Positions 18,887-29,598 of a stretch of 64,000 nucleotides of DNA are shown here, piece by piece. Origin of the DNA: Candidatus Heimdallarchaeota archaeon (lineage in GTDB: Archaea > Asgardarchaeota > Heimdallarchaeia > Hodarchaeales > Hodarchaeaceae). The notes beneath the pieces are model-generated. The model searched no databases. It was not told the DNA's origin and saw nothing but the letters and a program-made list of their open reading frames with translations. Location of the stretch: the NCBI GenBank assembly GCA_011364965.1, contig RDOB01000003.1, positions 96,001 to 160,000 of the forward strand, written 5' to 3'. The position numbers and the translations under genes are program-made. The stretch's first letter is position 1. Each line of letters opens with the position of its first letter.

Positions 18887-20359
18887 TTGGAACTCTTGTA
18901 TGAAATTAACGCACGCCTATGGTTGACCGAACTAAAAGACAAATATCAAGACTCATTGTTTTTAATTGATGTACCAGATGATGAATGGACAACTATTCGC
19001 AATAAAGGATTTGAATGGATTTGGCTGATGGGAGTATGGGAAACTGCCGAAGTGGACGATTTAGATAGGTATCCATTTCTAAAAAGTGTTTTCGATGAAG
19101 CCTTGCCCACTTGGCAAAAACCCGACACTGTAGGATCCCCTTATTCGATTATGAAGTATTCATTAAATCCATATTTAGGCAATAAAGGTGATCTAGCGGA
19201 ACTTAAATCAAAATTGAATTCCTTTGGAATCAAACTAATTCTTGACTTTATACCAAATCACTTATCTTACCTGACAACTTACCTTCAAACAAATGTAGAT
19301 TATTTCATTCACTCAAAAACCGAAATCAGGGAAAGACGGAAATTATTTTTTCATACTGGTACTAATTATATTGCAATGGGCAAAGATCCTCATTTCGATC
19401 CATGGACCGATACTTCTCAATTAAATATTTTTAATGAAAAGACAAGATTGTTTATGATTAACAATTTAAGACATATTGCTAAACATGCAGATGGAGTAAG
19501 ATGTGATATGGCGATGCTTGTCTTAAATGATATTTTCAATAGTACATGGGGATGGTTATTAAAAAAACAAGGATTTCTCATTCCCCAACAAGAATTTTGG
19601 AGTATTGCAATCCAAGAGATAAAATCAGAATTCCCAGAATTCACTTTTATAGCTGAAGTATATTGGAATCTAGAATGTAAATTGCAGGACTTGGGTTTTG
19701 ATTATACTTACGATAAAAGGCTGTATGATGAGTTAAAAAACTCAACAGGTGCTAATATTTACAATTATATTAACAGAAATTTTCCATTCCAAGAGAAAGC
19801 TATGCGATTTATTGAAAATCATGATGAAGAACGAGCAATTAAGGTATTTGGAAGTCAAAAATCACTTGCTGCTTTTGTGATAATTTCTACTTTACCTGGG
19901 ATGACCCTAGTTCATCAGGGACAATCTATTGGTAAAACAGTCAAAGCTCCGTTAAGACTTTTAAGAATTAAAGATGAAAACATAGATCGTGATTTAAACG
20001 CAAAATACGAAATAATATTTCAGTTCTTGTCGAATATAGAATCAAACGTTTCAAAATTTTCATTTATAAAAATAACTCAAGCTTGGGCTTACAATGACTC
20101 CCATTATAATATAACTAGCTGGATTTGGAGAACCAAGCAAAAATTTTTCCTTATAGTAGTCAATTATTCTTCGATAATGTCACAAGCAAACCTAAAACTT
20201 CCGAAAGACATCTTGGTACAAAATAACCTAATCTTTTCTGATAAATACGGAGAAAAAGAATATATAAGAGATTGTAAGAGCTTAATTGAAGAAGGGTTAT
20301 TTGTCGAATTAAAACCGTATAATTTCCATTTATTTGAGGTAAACCTGAAACCTTTATGA
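18887..20359 (+). CDS. Glycoside hydrolase family 13 (alpha-amylase-like)
   Basis: DFIPNH, GVRCDMA, FIAEVY, FIENHDE conserved regions. Confidence 0.92.
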   Translation: MELLYEINARLWLTELKDKYQDSLFLIDVPDDEWTTIRNKGFEWIWLMGVWETAEVDDLDRYPFLKSVFDEALPTWQKPDTVGSPYSIMKYSLNPYLGNKGDLAELKSKLNSFGIKLILDFIPNHLSYLTTYLQTNVDYFIHSKTEIRERRKLFFHTGTNYIAMGKDPHFDPWTDTSQLNIFNEKTRLFMINNLRHIAKHADGVRCDMAMLVLNDIFNSTWGWLLKKQGFLIPQQEFWSIAIQEIKSEFPEFTFIAEVYWNLECKLQDLGFDYTYDKRLYDELKNSTGANIYNYINRNFPFQEKAMRFIENHDEERAIKVFGSQKSLAAFVIISTLPGMTLVHQGQSIGKTVKAPLRLLRIKDENIDRDLNAKYEIIFQFLSNIESNVSKFSFIKITQAWAYNDSHYNITSWIWRTKQKFFLIVVNYSSIMSQANLKLPKDILVQNNLIFSDKYGEKEYIRDCKSLIEEGLFVELKPYNFHLFEVNLKPL

Positions 20360-20384
20360 TTAATCAAATCTGTTTTTGTCGATT

Positions 20385-21776
20385 TCAGGTAAGACGTTTC
20401 TTTTCATGAATTAATTTCAACGCTTGTTTCATTTCCTCAAGATATTTTCCATGAATTGGATAGAAATACAAACAAATTAGACCTATCATTAAAACAATTG
20501 CAGGATAAACTCCTATAAGAAATCTAAGACCTAAAAGAACATCCACCCCTGGATTTGGTGTGTATGTACTCCATTCTGTCCCTGAAAATACTAAGCCAAT
20601 CATAAAGAAATTAATTACCCCTGACAACCTAATGATGAATGAGATTGTGCCATAATAGCCACCAGCTCTTCTACCACCATGACGAACTTCATCATCATCA
20701 ATTATTTCAGCAATACATTGATCATAAAAGTAGATTGAGCCTCCCAGACCAAAACCGACGAAAGCCATGGTAATAAATCCTGAAATAAGATCGAATGAAA
20801 AGCAGAAAACTAATAGAGCAATTGCCCAACACCCAAATACAATAATGCCTGTTGTTCTTGCCCCCCGAATTTGTCGTAATTTGGTCCACAAAGGCAATGA
20901 AAAACCCCCAACTAAAAATCCAATAAGCAATAAAACACCAATGAGAATCGAATCAGTTTCAGCAATGCCTAATATGTACGTAGCAAACAATGGAATAACA
21001 GTTGGTAAAATCCCATTGCAGATCCATGTAGCTAAAGCTGCTACAACAAAAAACCGAAATGCTTTATTTTGAAAAGTGAATTTTAAAGATTTAAAATATG
21101 AAGGCATTGTTTTAGAATCTTTGAGGAACTCTGATCGCTCTCGTGCACCCCATTTGAGAAATATACTGTAAGAAATAACTATAACAAATGCTGCAATAAA
21201 TCCCACTATTATATATTGACTCTGGGTATATGAATATGCATACTGATTTGTTATATCCTCAATGATGATAGTGGGGAGAATAAAAGCAAGAACGAGGGCA
21301 ATAATCACGAAAATTCCCCTCATTTGGCCAACTTCACTCCGAGCTTTCGTTGTGATAAACAATTCAGCCCATAAGGCATTATAATTTAGATTGAAAGCTG
21401 TGTATACAGTATCAAAAAGAAATAAAATTAAGAGAAAATATATGAAATTTATTTCCTTGGAAGATATTTGCATAGGGGGAAGCCATAATAAGATCATAAC
21501 AAGTGCTAGAGGTAATGTCGCTCCAACGAGCCAGGGATAACGTCTCCCCCAACGCGTATGGGTTTTATCAGATAAAAAGCCAATTAAAGGATCATTTATC
21601 GAATTCCATAAAGACCAAATTATAAAACCTCCACTTATCCACAAGATTGGAAGCTTTACTACTGTGAAATAAAATGTGAAAATCAAGAAAGTGAATGTTT
21701 GATATGCTACTCCATCACCAATTTCACCGAAGGAGAAAATTATTTTTGTTAGAAGGGGGATTTTTTCTTCAGTCAT
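20385..21776 (-). CDS. GPH-family (MelB-like) MFS sugar symporter
   Basis: NDPLIGFLSDKTHTRWGRRYPW; DDDEVRHGGRRAGGYYG; 12 TM. Confidence 0.92.
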   Translation of the reverse strand: MTEEKIPLLTKIIFSFGEIGDGVAYQTFTFLIFTFYFTVVKLPILWISGGFIIWSLWNSINDPLIGFLSDKTHTRWGRRYPWLVGATLPLALVMILLWLPPMQISSKEINFIYFLLILFLFDTVYTAFNLNYNALWAELFITTKARSEVGQMRGIFVIIALVLAFILPTIIIEDITNQYAYSYTQSQYIIVGFIAAFVIVISYSIFLKWGARERSEFLKDSKTMPSYFKSLKFTFQNKAFRFFVVAALATWICNGILPTVIPLFATYILGIAETDSILIGVLLLIGFLVGGFSLPLWTKLRQIRGARTTGIIVFGCWAIALLVFCFSFDLISGFITMAFVGFGLGGSIYFYDQCIAEIIDDDEVRHGGRRAGGYYGTISFIIRLSGVINFFMIGLVFSGTEWSTYTPNPGVDVLLGLRFLIGVYPAIVLMIGLICLYFYPIHGKYLEEMKQALKLIHEKKRLT

Positions 21777-21890
21777 AAGGTATCGTTCCTCTTTTATCTA
21801 TCTAGTGAATTCTTTCTCTTTGACAACTCCTTGGTTTATAAAACCTTTTAACTTACTTTAAAGCGACTTTGGAACTAATGATATTACAAA

Positions 21891-23006
21891 TTATTTCTTT
21901 GACACTTTCCTATGTTGACAGTATAAGACTAAACCAAGAAAAATTGGTATTTGATAGAGTGGAGTGGAAGAGGAGCTTGAAGTATTGTTTGAAGAAATAG
22001 TTATTGTATCTGCTTTACTTGTTGTGTCTGTCTCAGGATCATATATTAAGGTATCAATTGTTAAATTAACTTGGCCCTCGTACTCATTAACAGTGACATT
22101 ACAATAATGATAATCCGAAAAATATACATCTCCTTCTTGCCATTCCGATCGATCCCCATCTACAGCAAGATCTTCATTTACTCCTCCTGTGACAATATAA
22201 GTAGTTCCATTTCTTTGAGTCCGATAATAATAATGATCATGTCCAGAAAAAACCAAATCAACTTTATATTCCACAAATAAAGGTTCCAAAACCCTTCGGA
22301 TTTCCTGTGCTGCAGTAACTCGACCTACTCGTAGGATAGAATAACTTGGACGATGATAGACCGTAATTACGAAATCAATAGTATTACTTTTGAGATCAGC
22401 CTTTATCCAATCTAATTGTTCTGATGTTATATCAAATACTCCATTGTCTCCTCCTTCCCAATATTCTTCTGTATTAATTACAATTACATGTACTTGATCA
22501 TTATAATCAAATGAATAATACCTCTCATTACCAGGTAAATCTACATTTGCTTCGTAAACAGAGAAATCCTCATCAGCTGGTGCATAAATGCCATCTCCTA
22601 GCGCATAATTATATAACTCATGATTACCGATTGCATAATAAATGGAGGTATTTTTAGCAGTAAAATTCGCAATATCTTCAAAATATCGATCCCAATCATC
22701 TTGTTCTCCGCCTGATTTCACCATATCACCTGTGTGTATCAGAAATTCCATATTAGGATTATTTGCGGCAATATTATTAAACATTTGAGCTCTTATTGGA
22801 CAGCTGGCATTATCAGTATTATATGCTTGGATTTCTTCAACCCAGTACCCAATTGCTTGTCGGGTATCTCCTAGCACGATAAATTGCCATGGATTAGCTA
22901 TTTTTGGATTTGAAAGAGTTACATCCATAGGTTTTGTAATCATTCCAGAGATTCCAGCTATAATTAGAACCATCAATGCTATTTTAAGAAATTTATTGCT
23001 TTTCAT
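21891..23006 (-). CDS. Surface-anchored metallophosphoesterase (purple acid phosphatase-like)
   Basis: GDTR, HTGD, GNHE, YHRP, SGHDH motifs; signal peptide, Ser-rich linker, C-terminal anchor. Confidence 0.9.
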   Translation of the reverse strand: MKSNKFLKIALMVLIIAGISGMITKPMDVTLSNPKIANPWQFIVLGDTRQAIGYWVEEIQAYNTDNASCPIRAQMFNNIAANNPNMEFLIHTGDMVKSGGEQDDWDRYFEDIANFTAKNTSIYYAIGNHELYNYALGDGIYAPADEDFSVYEANVDLPGNERYYSFDYNDQVHVIVINTEEYWEGGDNGVFDITSEQLDWIKADLKSNTIDFVITVYHRPSYSILRVGRVTAAQEIRRVLEPLFVEYKVDLVFSGHDHYYYRTQRNGTTYIVTGGVNEDLAVDGDRSEWQEGDVYFSDYHYCNVTVNEYEGQVNLTIDTLIYDPETDTTSKADTITISSNNTSSSSSTPLYQIPIFLGLVLYCQHRKVSKK

Positions 23007-23175
23007 AACTCTAATCTGACTAAATTTCAGTTTATTAAGATTTTCATTGGATTTCTCTCTGAATATTTGTGGAAGAAATGAAAAGATTATTTTTTATCTG
23101 AACTTTGATTCAATAAAAAGACTTAAGCGTGGGAAAGTTAAATGAGAAGTCTTCTTAATATTAATCTTTAACTGT

Positions 23176-23390
23176 CTACTTTTTTATTATGTTATAACTC
23201 AGAAAACCTGATCGATCAAAATTCACATTTATTACCTCAAATCCATTCTTTGTAATAAATTGTTCAACATAACTTAATCCTTCAGAGATTCCCTTGTCTT
23301 TTTTGCGAGTTTAATCTCCTCAACTCCAGCAGAAGGGTAATATTTAACTTTTTTATGTACAAAATAAATATTTATCATCTCTAATTTCAT
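23176..23390 (-). pseudogene. Small gene split by a -1 frameshift at A-AAA-AAG
   Basis: GGTGAG then ATG; MKLEMINIYF...LAKK continues in the -1 frame as DKGISEGLSYVEQFITKNGFEVINV...KK*; not in the ORF track. Confidence 0.45.
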
Positions 23391-23481
23391 TTTACTCACC
23401 AAATTAATTAAATCTTCCAAAATTATACACCATTATAGACTTTTTGACACGTATTCTGAAATGCAAAAAGTTATATACTTA

Positions 23482-23515
23482 ATACTATAACTCATATATA
23501 GATAACTTATAGTAT
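23482..23515 (+). promoter_or_regulatory. Candidate PadR operator
   Basis: ATACTATAA-N16-TTATAGTAT just upstream of the PadR start. Confidence 0.5.
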
Positions 23516-23533
23516 AACTGAAGGGAACATTGT

Positions 23534-23863
23534 ATGGAAGACGTGGAAAAATGGGCTGAGCAGTTTAAGAAAGGATTTTCAAATCCTTTTGTGTTATTAT
23601 CCCTCTCGAAGACTCCCAATTATCCATATGGAATAACAAAAGCTGTAGCAGAGAAAACAAATGGTAAATTTACTATTGCTGGTTCTAATATATATCCAAT
23701 TTTGAAAAAAATGGAGAAAATGCAACTAATTGTGGAAACACAAGACCAAGAATCAGACCGAAAATTCTATCGTTTGACAAGCAATGGAGAAGTCTTCTTG
23801 AGCTCATTGAAACATGTTATGAAGGATTTTATTGAAGTTATTCAAATTATGTTAAATGATTAG
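23534..23863 (+). CDS. PadR family regulator
   Basis: YPYGI, GSNIYPILKKME, RKFYRLTSNG. Confidence 0.9.
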   Translation: MEDVEKWAEQFKKGFSNPFVLLSLSKTPNYPYGITKAVAEKTNGKFTIAGSNIYPILKKMEKMQLIVETQDQESDRKFYRLTSNGEVFLSSLKHVMKDFIEVIQIMLND

Positions 23864-23873
23864 GTGAAAATGC

Positions 23874-24584
23874 ATGAAAAAAATACATCAAGAATTAATT
23901 GATGAATATATTGAGAAAATAAATCGCTTATTGCCATATCCTAAGGAAACAAAGCAAGACGCGTTAGAAATTTTACGCTCAGATGTTTCAGCAGCATTAG
24001 CTGATGTACAGGACGGAGATCCTTCATCTACCTTTGGTAAGCCTATAGAAGTAGCTAAAGATATTCTGGAAGGGCAAGAATGGCACCATCAGCGCGCTGG
24101 ATGGGGGATTCGATTTATTGCATGGGGTATTGATTTATTTCTGAAACTAGGTTTTGCATTTCTTATTTTAGCGATTGGATTCGGATTAATGCTAATAATA
24201 ATGCCTTTTGATGAATTAATCCAAGAATTTGCTAAATGGGAAACTAGTGAATTTAATGAGATTATCGCCAGTCCTACAACATTTATTTCAATTTTGACAA
24301 TAATTCCTGCCACTCTTATATTTATGGCTTATAATATTGTTTTAGAATATTTTTTCAGTGCAACTATTGGTAAAAAATTACTTGGTTTAAGAGCTGTAGA
24401 TCACAGTGGAATTAAAATGGTAGGTAGACAAGTAATCATTCGTAATCTATCTAAAATTGTGTTTGGGGAATTTTTAATTCTTGATGTAGTTCTTGGGATG
24501 ATTCTTGAAAAACAGACTCCAGAGAGAACTCAAAATCAGCGCGGATTAGATATCTTGGCAGAAACCATTGTCATTCGAGTTTAA
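23874..24584 (+). CDS. RDD family membrane protein with N-terminal HAAS-like helical domain
   Basis: IDEYIEKI...FGKPIEVA; RFIAWGID, TIGKKLLGL, QRGLDILAET. Confidence 0.85.
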   Translation: MKKIHQELIDEYIEKINRLLPYPKETKQDALEILRSDVSAALADVQDGDPSSTFGKPIEVAKDILEGQEWHHQRAGWGIRFIAWGIDLFLKLGFAFLILAIGFGLMLIIMPFDELIQEFAKWETSEFNEIIASPTTFISILTIIPATLIFMAYNIVLEYFFSATIGKKLLGLRAVDHSGIKMVGRQVIIRNLSKIVFGEFLILDVVLGMILEKQTPERTQNQRGLDILAETIVIRV

Positions 24585-24604
24585 TTAATTAGGAGAAAAT
24601 TATT

Positions 24605-25114
24605 ATGAGTAAGACAATTCTAGTATATGCTACCCGATGGGGTGCTACAACAGAAACAGCACGAGAAATAATCAAAGTATTGAAGGAAAAATTCGGGATC
24701 GATGTGGATCTGGTTAATCTAAAAGATAAAAACAATGAAACGAATCGCAATCCTGATATCTCTTCTTATGATAACGTAATTCTAGGAGTTAGTTACGCTA
24801 AATTTAATTGGGCTAAAGAAGGAATGAATTTTTTGAAAAAAAATAAAGAGAAGTTGAAAAACAAGAAATTATTTGTATTTATTTCATCAGCTCGATGTGG
24901 AGGAGCTTGGCAATCAAGGAATTATGAAAAACATGAAGAACTACAGAAAAAGTTCATTGATAGAAAATTAGAGAAAGTTGGGGTGCAATTTACATCACGT
25001 AGGGGATTCGGAGGTTATTATATTAACCAACCGCCAGATAAAGCAGAAACTCGGGATTGGAACATGATTCGTGCTTGGGCAGAGGAAATAGGAGAAATCA
25101 TTAACTCTGGGTAA
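24605..25114 (+). CDS. Flavodoxin-domain protein (HemG-like)
   Basis: ILVYATRWGAT, YDNVILG, FGG, RDWNMIRAWA. Confidence 0.85.
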   Translation: MSKTILVYATRWGATTETAREIIKVLKEKFGIDVDLVNLKDKNNETNRNPDISSYDNVILGVSYAKFNWAKEGMNFLKKNKEKLKNKKLFVFISSARCGGAWQSRNYEKHEELQKKFIDRKLEKVGVQFTSRRGFGGYYINQPPDKAETRDWNMIRAWAEEIGEIINSG

Positions 25115-25119
25115 CTTCA

Positions 25120-25815
25120 ATGTCAGGTCAAACATCCTCAACAACTAAAAACGCTAATATCATTCCTATAAAACTAGGAATCGTTAATTGCTATATTCTG
25201 AAAGGGAAAGAGGGATATATATTGATTGACACAGGATATGAAAGTAAACGAAAAATTCTCGAAAGGAAACTTGAGGAACTTGGGATTCCAGAGAAAAAGC
25301 TAAATCTCATTATTTTAACGCATCAAGATTTCGATCACACTGGAAATGCGGCATATCTACGTGATAAATTTAATACCAAAATAGCAATGCATAGGATTGA
25401 TTCTGAAGCAGTTGAACGAGGAGATATGTTATGGAATCGAAAAATGCGGAGTATTTTTTCTCGTTTTATTCTGAAAATTATCTTTTTATTCTTCCGAATT
25501 GGAAAATTCCAGAGATTTTCCCCTGATATTTATCTGGAAGAAGGAAGTGATCTTTCCGCTTATGGAATAAATATTAAAGTGATTAACTTACCTGGACACT
25601 CAAAAGGATCAATTGGAATCTTAACAGCAAATAACGATCTTTTCTGCGGAGATTTATTCATGAATACTGGAAAGAAACCGGCAAAGTCATCTCTAATCGA
25701 TATCAAGGAAGATTTGAATGCCAGTGTTGAAAAATTAAGAGAATTTCAAATAAACACAGTCTATCCTGGCCATGGTCCATCTTTTGAATTGGAAACGTTT
25801 TGGTTTAATCAATAA
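25120..25815 (+). CDS. MBL-fold metallo-hydrolase
   Basis: IDTG, THQDFDH (variant), PGHSKGS, CGD, PGHG. Confidence 0.88.
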   Translation: MSGQTSSTTKNANIIPIKLGIVNCYILKGKEGYILIDTGYESKRKILERKLEELGIPEKKLNLIILTHQDFDHTGNAAYLRDKFNTKIAMHRIDSEAVERGDMLWNRKMRSIFSRFILKIIFLFFRIGKFQRFSPDIYLEEGSDLSAYGINIKVINLPGHSKGSIGILTANNDLFCGDLFMNTGKKPAKSSLIDIKEDLNASVEKLREFQINTVYPGHGPSFELETFWFNQ

Positions 25816-25914
25816 TCTTAAGGAATAATTTTGCTATAAATTAGTTTCAGTTTAGAAACTACTATTCTCTTTTATTTATTACTTTATTAAAGGATTTTCC
25901 ACGTTGATCACTTT

Positions 25915-27528
25915 GTGATTGTGATCGAAATTGCGGGAGATAATGATATGAAGAAAAATCCAATTATTCTACCACTAACATTGCTTCTGATATGCTGTAC
26001 AACCGCTTTCTCTAGAGTGTCTACTGGAATGGCAGATAATACAGTGGATTTAGATGAGTACATACTTAGCAGTTTTTTAGGAGGAATAAGCGACGATCTT
26101 ATCAGAGATATGGCTATTGACTCTGAAGGAAATATCCTAGTGACTGGTGATACAATGTCTGAGAATTTTCCTACTAGGGACGCATTTCAAGATACTTTTG
26201 CAGGAGGTATTCAAGACGTTCACACTGTCAGTGGAGATGCTTTTATAGCAAAATTTAACTCCATAGGTAACTTAATTTGGGCAAGTTATTTGGGAGGTTC
26301 CAGTAATGATGGAGGAATAGGTGTTCACGTAGATAGTGTCGATAATATCTATGTGGTAGGTGTAACAAATTCCTTGGATTTTCCTGTAACTGGATCTAAT
26401 GCCTCTCATGGAGGTTCAGATAAGTTTGTCACTAAATTTGCCTCCAACGGTACCTTAATTTTTTCTATGTGCATTGGAACTTCTGAAGAAGAAAATTTAG
26501 AAGGTTCTATCATGTTTTCTGATCTTTTGACAATCACGGGGAGTACAACCTCTCCGAGCTTTCCTATTACGGAAACTGCTCTGCAACCAAGTTTTGAGGG
26601 ACAAATAGATGGAACCATTGTCCAAGTTTTACCGAATGGATCCATTTATTATTCAAGTTTCTTTGGTGGATCTGGCGTGGATGTGATAGGAGAAATCTAT
26701 GCTAGTGAGAGTGGTAAGTATATTATCAATGGTTATTCAGATAGCCCAGACTTACCATTTACGGAGAATGCATATTCGTCAGAAATATCGGGGCCAGGAC
26801 GAGACTTCTTCATAGCTGTTCTTACAACTGATATGGAAATAGAATATTGTACATATTTTGGGGGATCTGGAGTAGATGATTGTTTTGGATGCACATTTGA
26901 CACTGAAAATAGTATGATATTTTCTGGAAGAACATGGTCAGTAGATTTCCCGATAGCAAACGCGTGGCAATCAACTTATTCTGGAGTAGAAGGTGATGTT
27001 AATGGGGTGGACGCGTTTGTTACAAAGATTAACAGTACTGGACAAATTGTTTTCTCTAGTTACTTTGGAGGCCTTTCATGGGATACATTACATTTCGTAG
27101 ATACTGATGATCAGAATAACATCTTTACCTGTGGTGATGCGCCGACGAATGATTTTCCAGTATTCTCTAACGCTATTCAAGAAGAAATAGTAGGTAATAG
27201 TGATATAGTCTTTTTAGTGTTAAACCCTGAAGGAAAACCATATTTTGGCACTTATTTTGGAGGTAGTAATCCAGAGCATGTTTGGAACATGGAAAGATTT
27301 TCAGATCATATTTATATCGTTGGTCATACAGCATCTGTGGATTTTCCAGTGACGAGTGGCGTTTTTCAGGAAAATAAGAATGGTTCTCAAGATGGATTTT
27401 TCCTTAGATTTGACCTTTCTAAGTATCTTGAAGATTACCCGCAGAAAACTAAATCTAGGATTGGTTTGGAATTTGGAGTAATTCTTAGTGCTATAATCCT
27501 GTTCACCCGTAGAAGAAAGAAAGCATAA
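25915..27528 (+). CDS. SBBP-repeat beta-propeller surface protein
   Basis: Repeats of S(Y/F)(L/F)GGSxxD...G.T.S.DFP; signal peptide; C-terminal TM plus RRRKKA. Confidence 0.88.
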   Translation: MIVIEIAGDNDMKKNPIILPLTLLLICCTTAFSRVSTGMADNTVDLDEYILSSFLGGISDDLIRDMAIDSEGNILVTGDTMSENFPTRDAFQDTFAGGIQDVHTVSGDAFIAKFNSIGNLIWASYLGGSSNDGGIGVHVDSVDNIYVVGVTNSLDFPVTGSNASHGGSDKFVTKFASNGTLIFSMCIGTSEEENLEGSIMFSDLLTITGSTTSPSFPITETALQPSFEGQIDGTIVQVLPNGSIYYSSFFGGSGVDVIGEIYASESGKYIINGYSDSPDLPFTENAYSSEISGPGRDFFIAVLTTDMEIEYCTYFGGSGVDDCFGCTFDTENSMIFSGRTWSVDFPIANAWQSTYSGVEGDVNGVDAFVTKINSTGQIVFSSYFGGLSWDTLHFVDTDDQNNIFTCGDAPTNDFPVFSNAIQEEIVGNSDIVFLVLNPEGKPYFGTYFGGSNPEHVWNMERFSDHIYIVGHTASVDFPVTSGVFQENKNGSQDGFFLRFDLSKYLEDYPQKTKSRIGLEFGVILSAIILFTRRRKKA

Positions 27529-27606
27529 CTGCTTCCTTTTCCCTTTTTATTAAAGGATTTTGAAAATAAATTTAAACTAATTTTTCAGCTATTCTTCCAC
27601 CTGTGA

Positions 27607-28584
27607 GTGATAAGGATGACTGCGATCAGGAAAGAAGGAAAAGTTAATGAAAATGCCACTTTGATTGATTTCAAGTACGAAGGGGCAGCAGCTGTAGGAG
27701 GGGTTTATTTCGTTGAGGCAGGGAAAACCTGTCTTATCGATAGTGGTTGTAAAGATGGAGCTAAATATATAATAAAATCATTGAAAACTATGAATAAATT
27801 TCCTCCCGACTACGTAATTCTTACTCATTCTCATTGGGATCACAGCCAAGGACTACCTATTATTAGGAGAGCTGCGGAAAAGCTGCAAAAATCGATAGAG
27901 GTATTTGCTTCAAAGAAAGCTATACCCTTATTAGAATCACAGACCTATAATGAAATATTAAAAAAAATAAAATTTGAAAATATAACTGATATTTCTCCTC
28001 TGAAAGAGGGGGATTCAATTGACTTAGAGGGGCTTAATCTCAAAGTTATTGATGTTCCAGGTCACAACCTCGACCATATTGCTCTTTACGATGAAAAGAC
28101 GAGAAATATCTTTGTTGGGGACTCAATTGGTATTAAGATCGACGATCGTGCATTTCTTTCTCCCATAATGCCACCTAACTGGAATGAATCTGATTATCTA
28201 AATACAATTGATAAACTCAAGCAAATCAAATTTGAAAGTATAAGTTTAGCACATTATGGATATATTTTTGGAGAAGAAGCACAAAATATCCTACATGAAT
28301 CCCAACAGATCTTTGAACTTGAAAATAAAGTTTATAAAATTGCAGAAAAGGAAGGAAAACTGGATGATATTAACTATCTAGTCGAACTCGCTGTTCGAGA
28401 GATGAATCCAATCATTCCTGATCTCAAACTTGAAAATTTTTTCATGCGTTCAATATTAAGCGTGATGAATTCAATTCGAGGAATTGTTCGCAAAAAACCA
28501 ATTACTGTCGGCGATATAATGCTGAAACAAATCCTAGAGACTAAAGTTAAAGGTTATAAGATTTCAAAGGGAATCAGATGGTAA
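27607..28584 (+). CDS. MBL-fold metallo-hydrolase
   Basis: THSHWDH, PGH, VGD, AHYG. Confidence 0.88.
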   Translation: MIRMTAIRKEGKVNENATLIDFKYEGAAAVGGVYFVEAGKTCLIDSGCKDGAKYIIKSLKTMNKFPPDYVILTHSHWDHSQGLPIIRRAAEKLQKSIEVFASKKAIPLLESQTYNEILKKIKFENITDISPLKEGDSIDLEGLNLKVIDVPGHNLDHIALYDEKTRNIFVGDSIGIKIDDRAFLSPIMPPNWNESDYLNTIDKLKQIKFESISLAHYGYIFGEEAQNILHESQQIFELENKVYKIAEKEGKLDDINYLVELAVREMNPIIPDLKLENFFMRSILSVMNSIRGIVRKKPITVGDIMLKQILETKVKGYKISKGIRW

Positions 28585-28629
28585 TCATTATAGTTAAATC
28601 CACTGTAAACAAAATTTGAGAGACACAAA

Positions 28630-29385
28630 ATGAGTTCAGAAGATCAATTTGAAAATATCTTCAAAGAATGTAAGGATGATCCGAAAGTAATTGGATTAGT
28701 TCTCGGGGGATCACGGGGAAAAAATATGCACACAGAGTATTCAGATTACGATTTCACTATCATTATCGTGCCAGAAGCGAAAGTAGAATATGAAAAAAGA
28801 GTTAATTCCTTAAAAAAAGATTTTGATGTCGCTGTCAGTACACTCGTAGAGTTTAAGAAATATGCACAATGGGGGAGCGAATTAATGTGGGATCGATACA
28901 ACTTTACTCATGTTAAAGCTTCAATAGACAAAACTGGAGGAGAAATACAAGATATTATAGATCAAAAAGGTAAAGTACCTCCAGAATATTGTACAGAGTT
29001 CATTTCAGCGAGTTTAGATGAATATATCAATCAAGTTTATAGATCAATTAAGTGTTTACGTGATAAAAATGATATAGGGTATCGGCTAGAAGCAGCAACA
29101 TCAATCAAACCGTTATTAAACTGCTTATTTGCTATCCACGATAACAGAATATGTCCTTATTTCAAGTATTTATATTGGGAATTAACTGAGTTTCCACTTG
29201 TGAAACTTCCATTAACTCCTAACGAATTGATTGAAAAAATCCTTTCTATTCTAGAATCAGGAGATTATAAAATTCAACAAGAGATTTTCAGGCTAGTTGA
29301 AAAAATCTTTCGAGCTGAAGGATATGGAAGGGTGTTTGATAGCTGGAAAGGGGATGATCAATGGATCATGAATTATATTCCCTAA
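28630..29385 (+). CDS. Pol-beta-type nucleotidyltransferase with helical C-terminal domain
   Basis: GGSRGK...SDYD; PYFKYL motif. Confidence 0.8.
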   Translation: MSSEDQFENIFKECKDDPKVIGLVLGGSRGKNMHTEYSDYDFTIIIVPEAKVEYEKRVNSLKKDFDVAVSTLVEFKKYAQWGSELMWDRYNFTHVKASIDKTGGEIQDIIDQKGKVPPEYCTEFISASLDEYINQVYRSIKCLRDKNDIGYRLEAATSIKPLLNCLFAIHDNRICPYFKYLYWELTEFPLVKLPLTPNELIEKILSILESGDYKIQQEIFRLVEKIFRAEGYGRVFDSWKGDDQWIMNYIP

Positions 29386-29598
29386 AACTTCCACTTTGAA
29401 AAATACCAGCCCATTTTACTCATGATTTGAATAAAAGTTAAAGCTTGAAAAAAACTCGCTTCTCGACGAAGTTACAAGATAAGGAAGCATGAAATGATAG
29501 AAATAATACTAACCCACTAGTTCTTTATATCTAGTTCTATAATTTTCAACTATTTTGAAATGAAATTATGCAATTAAACTTACGAGGAAGTTTCTTAA

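Noticed and set aside
25915-27528. Periodic repeats as a possible CRISPR or nucleotide array
   Set aside because: Repeats are degenerate at DNA level and explained by SBBP protein repeats; no repeat-spacer array was seen anywhere in the window.
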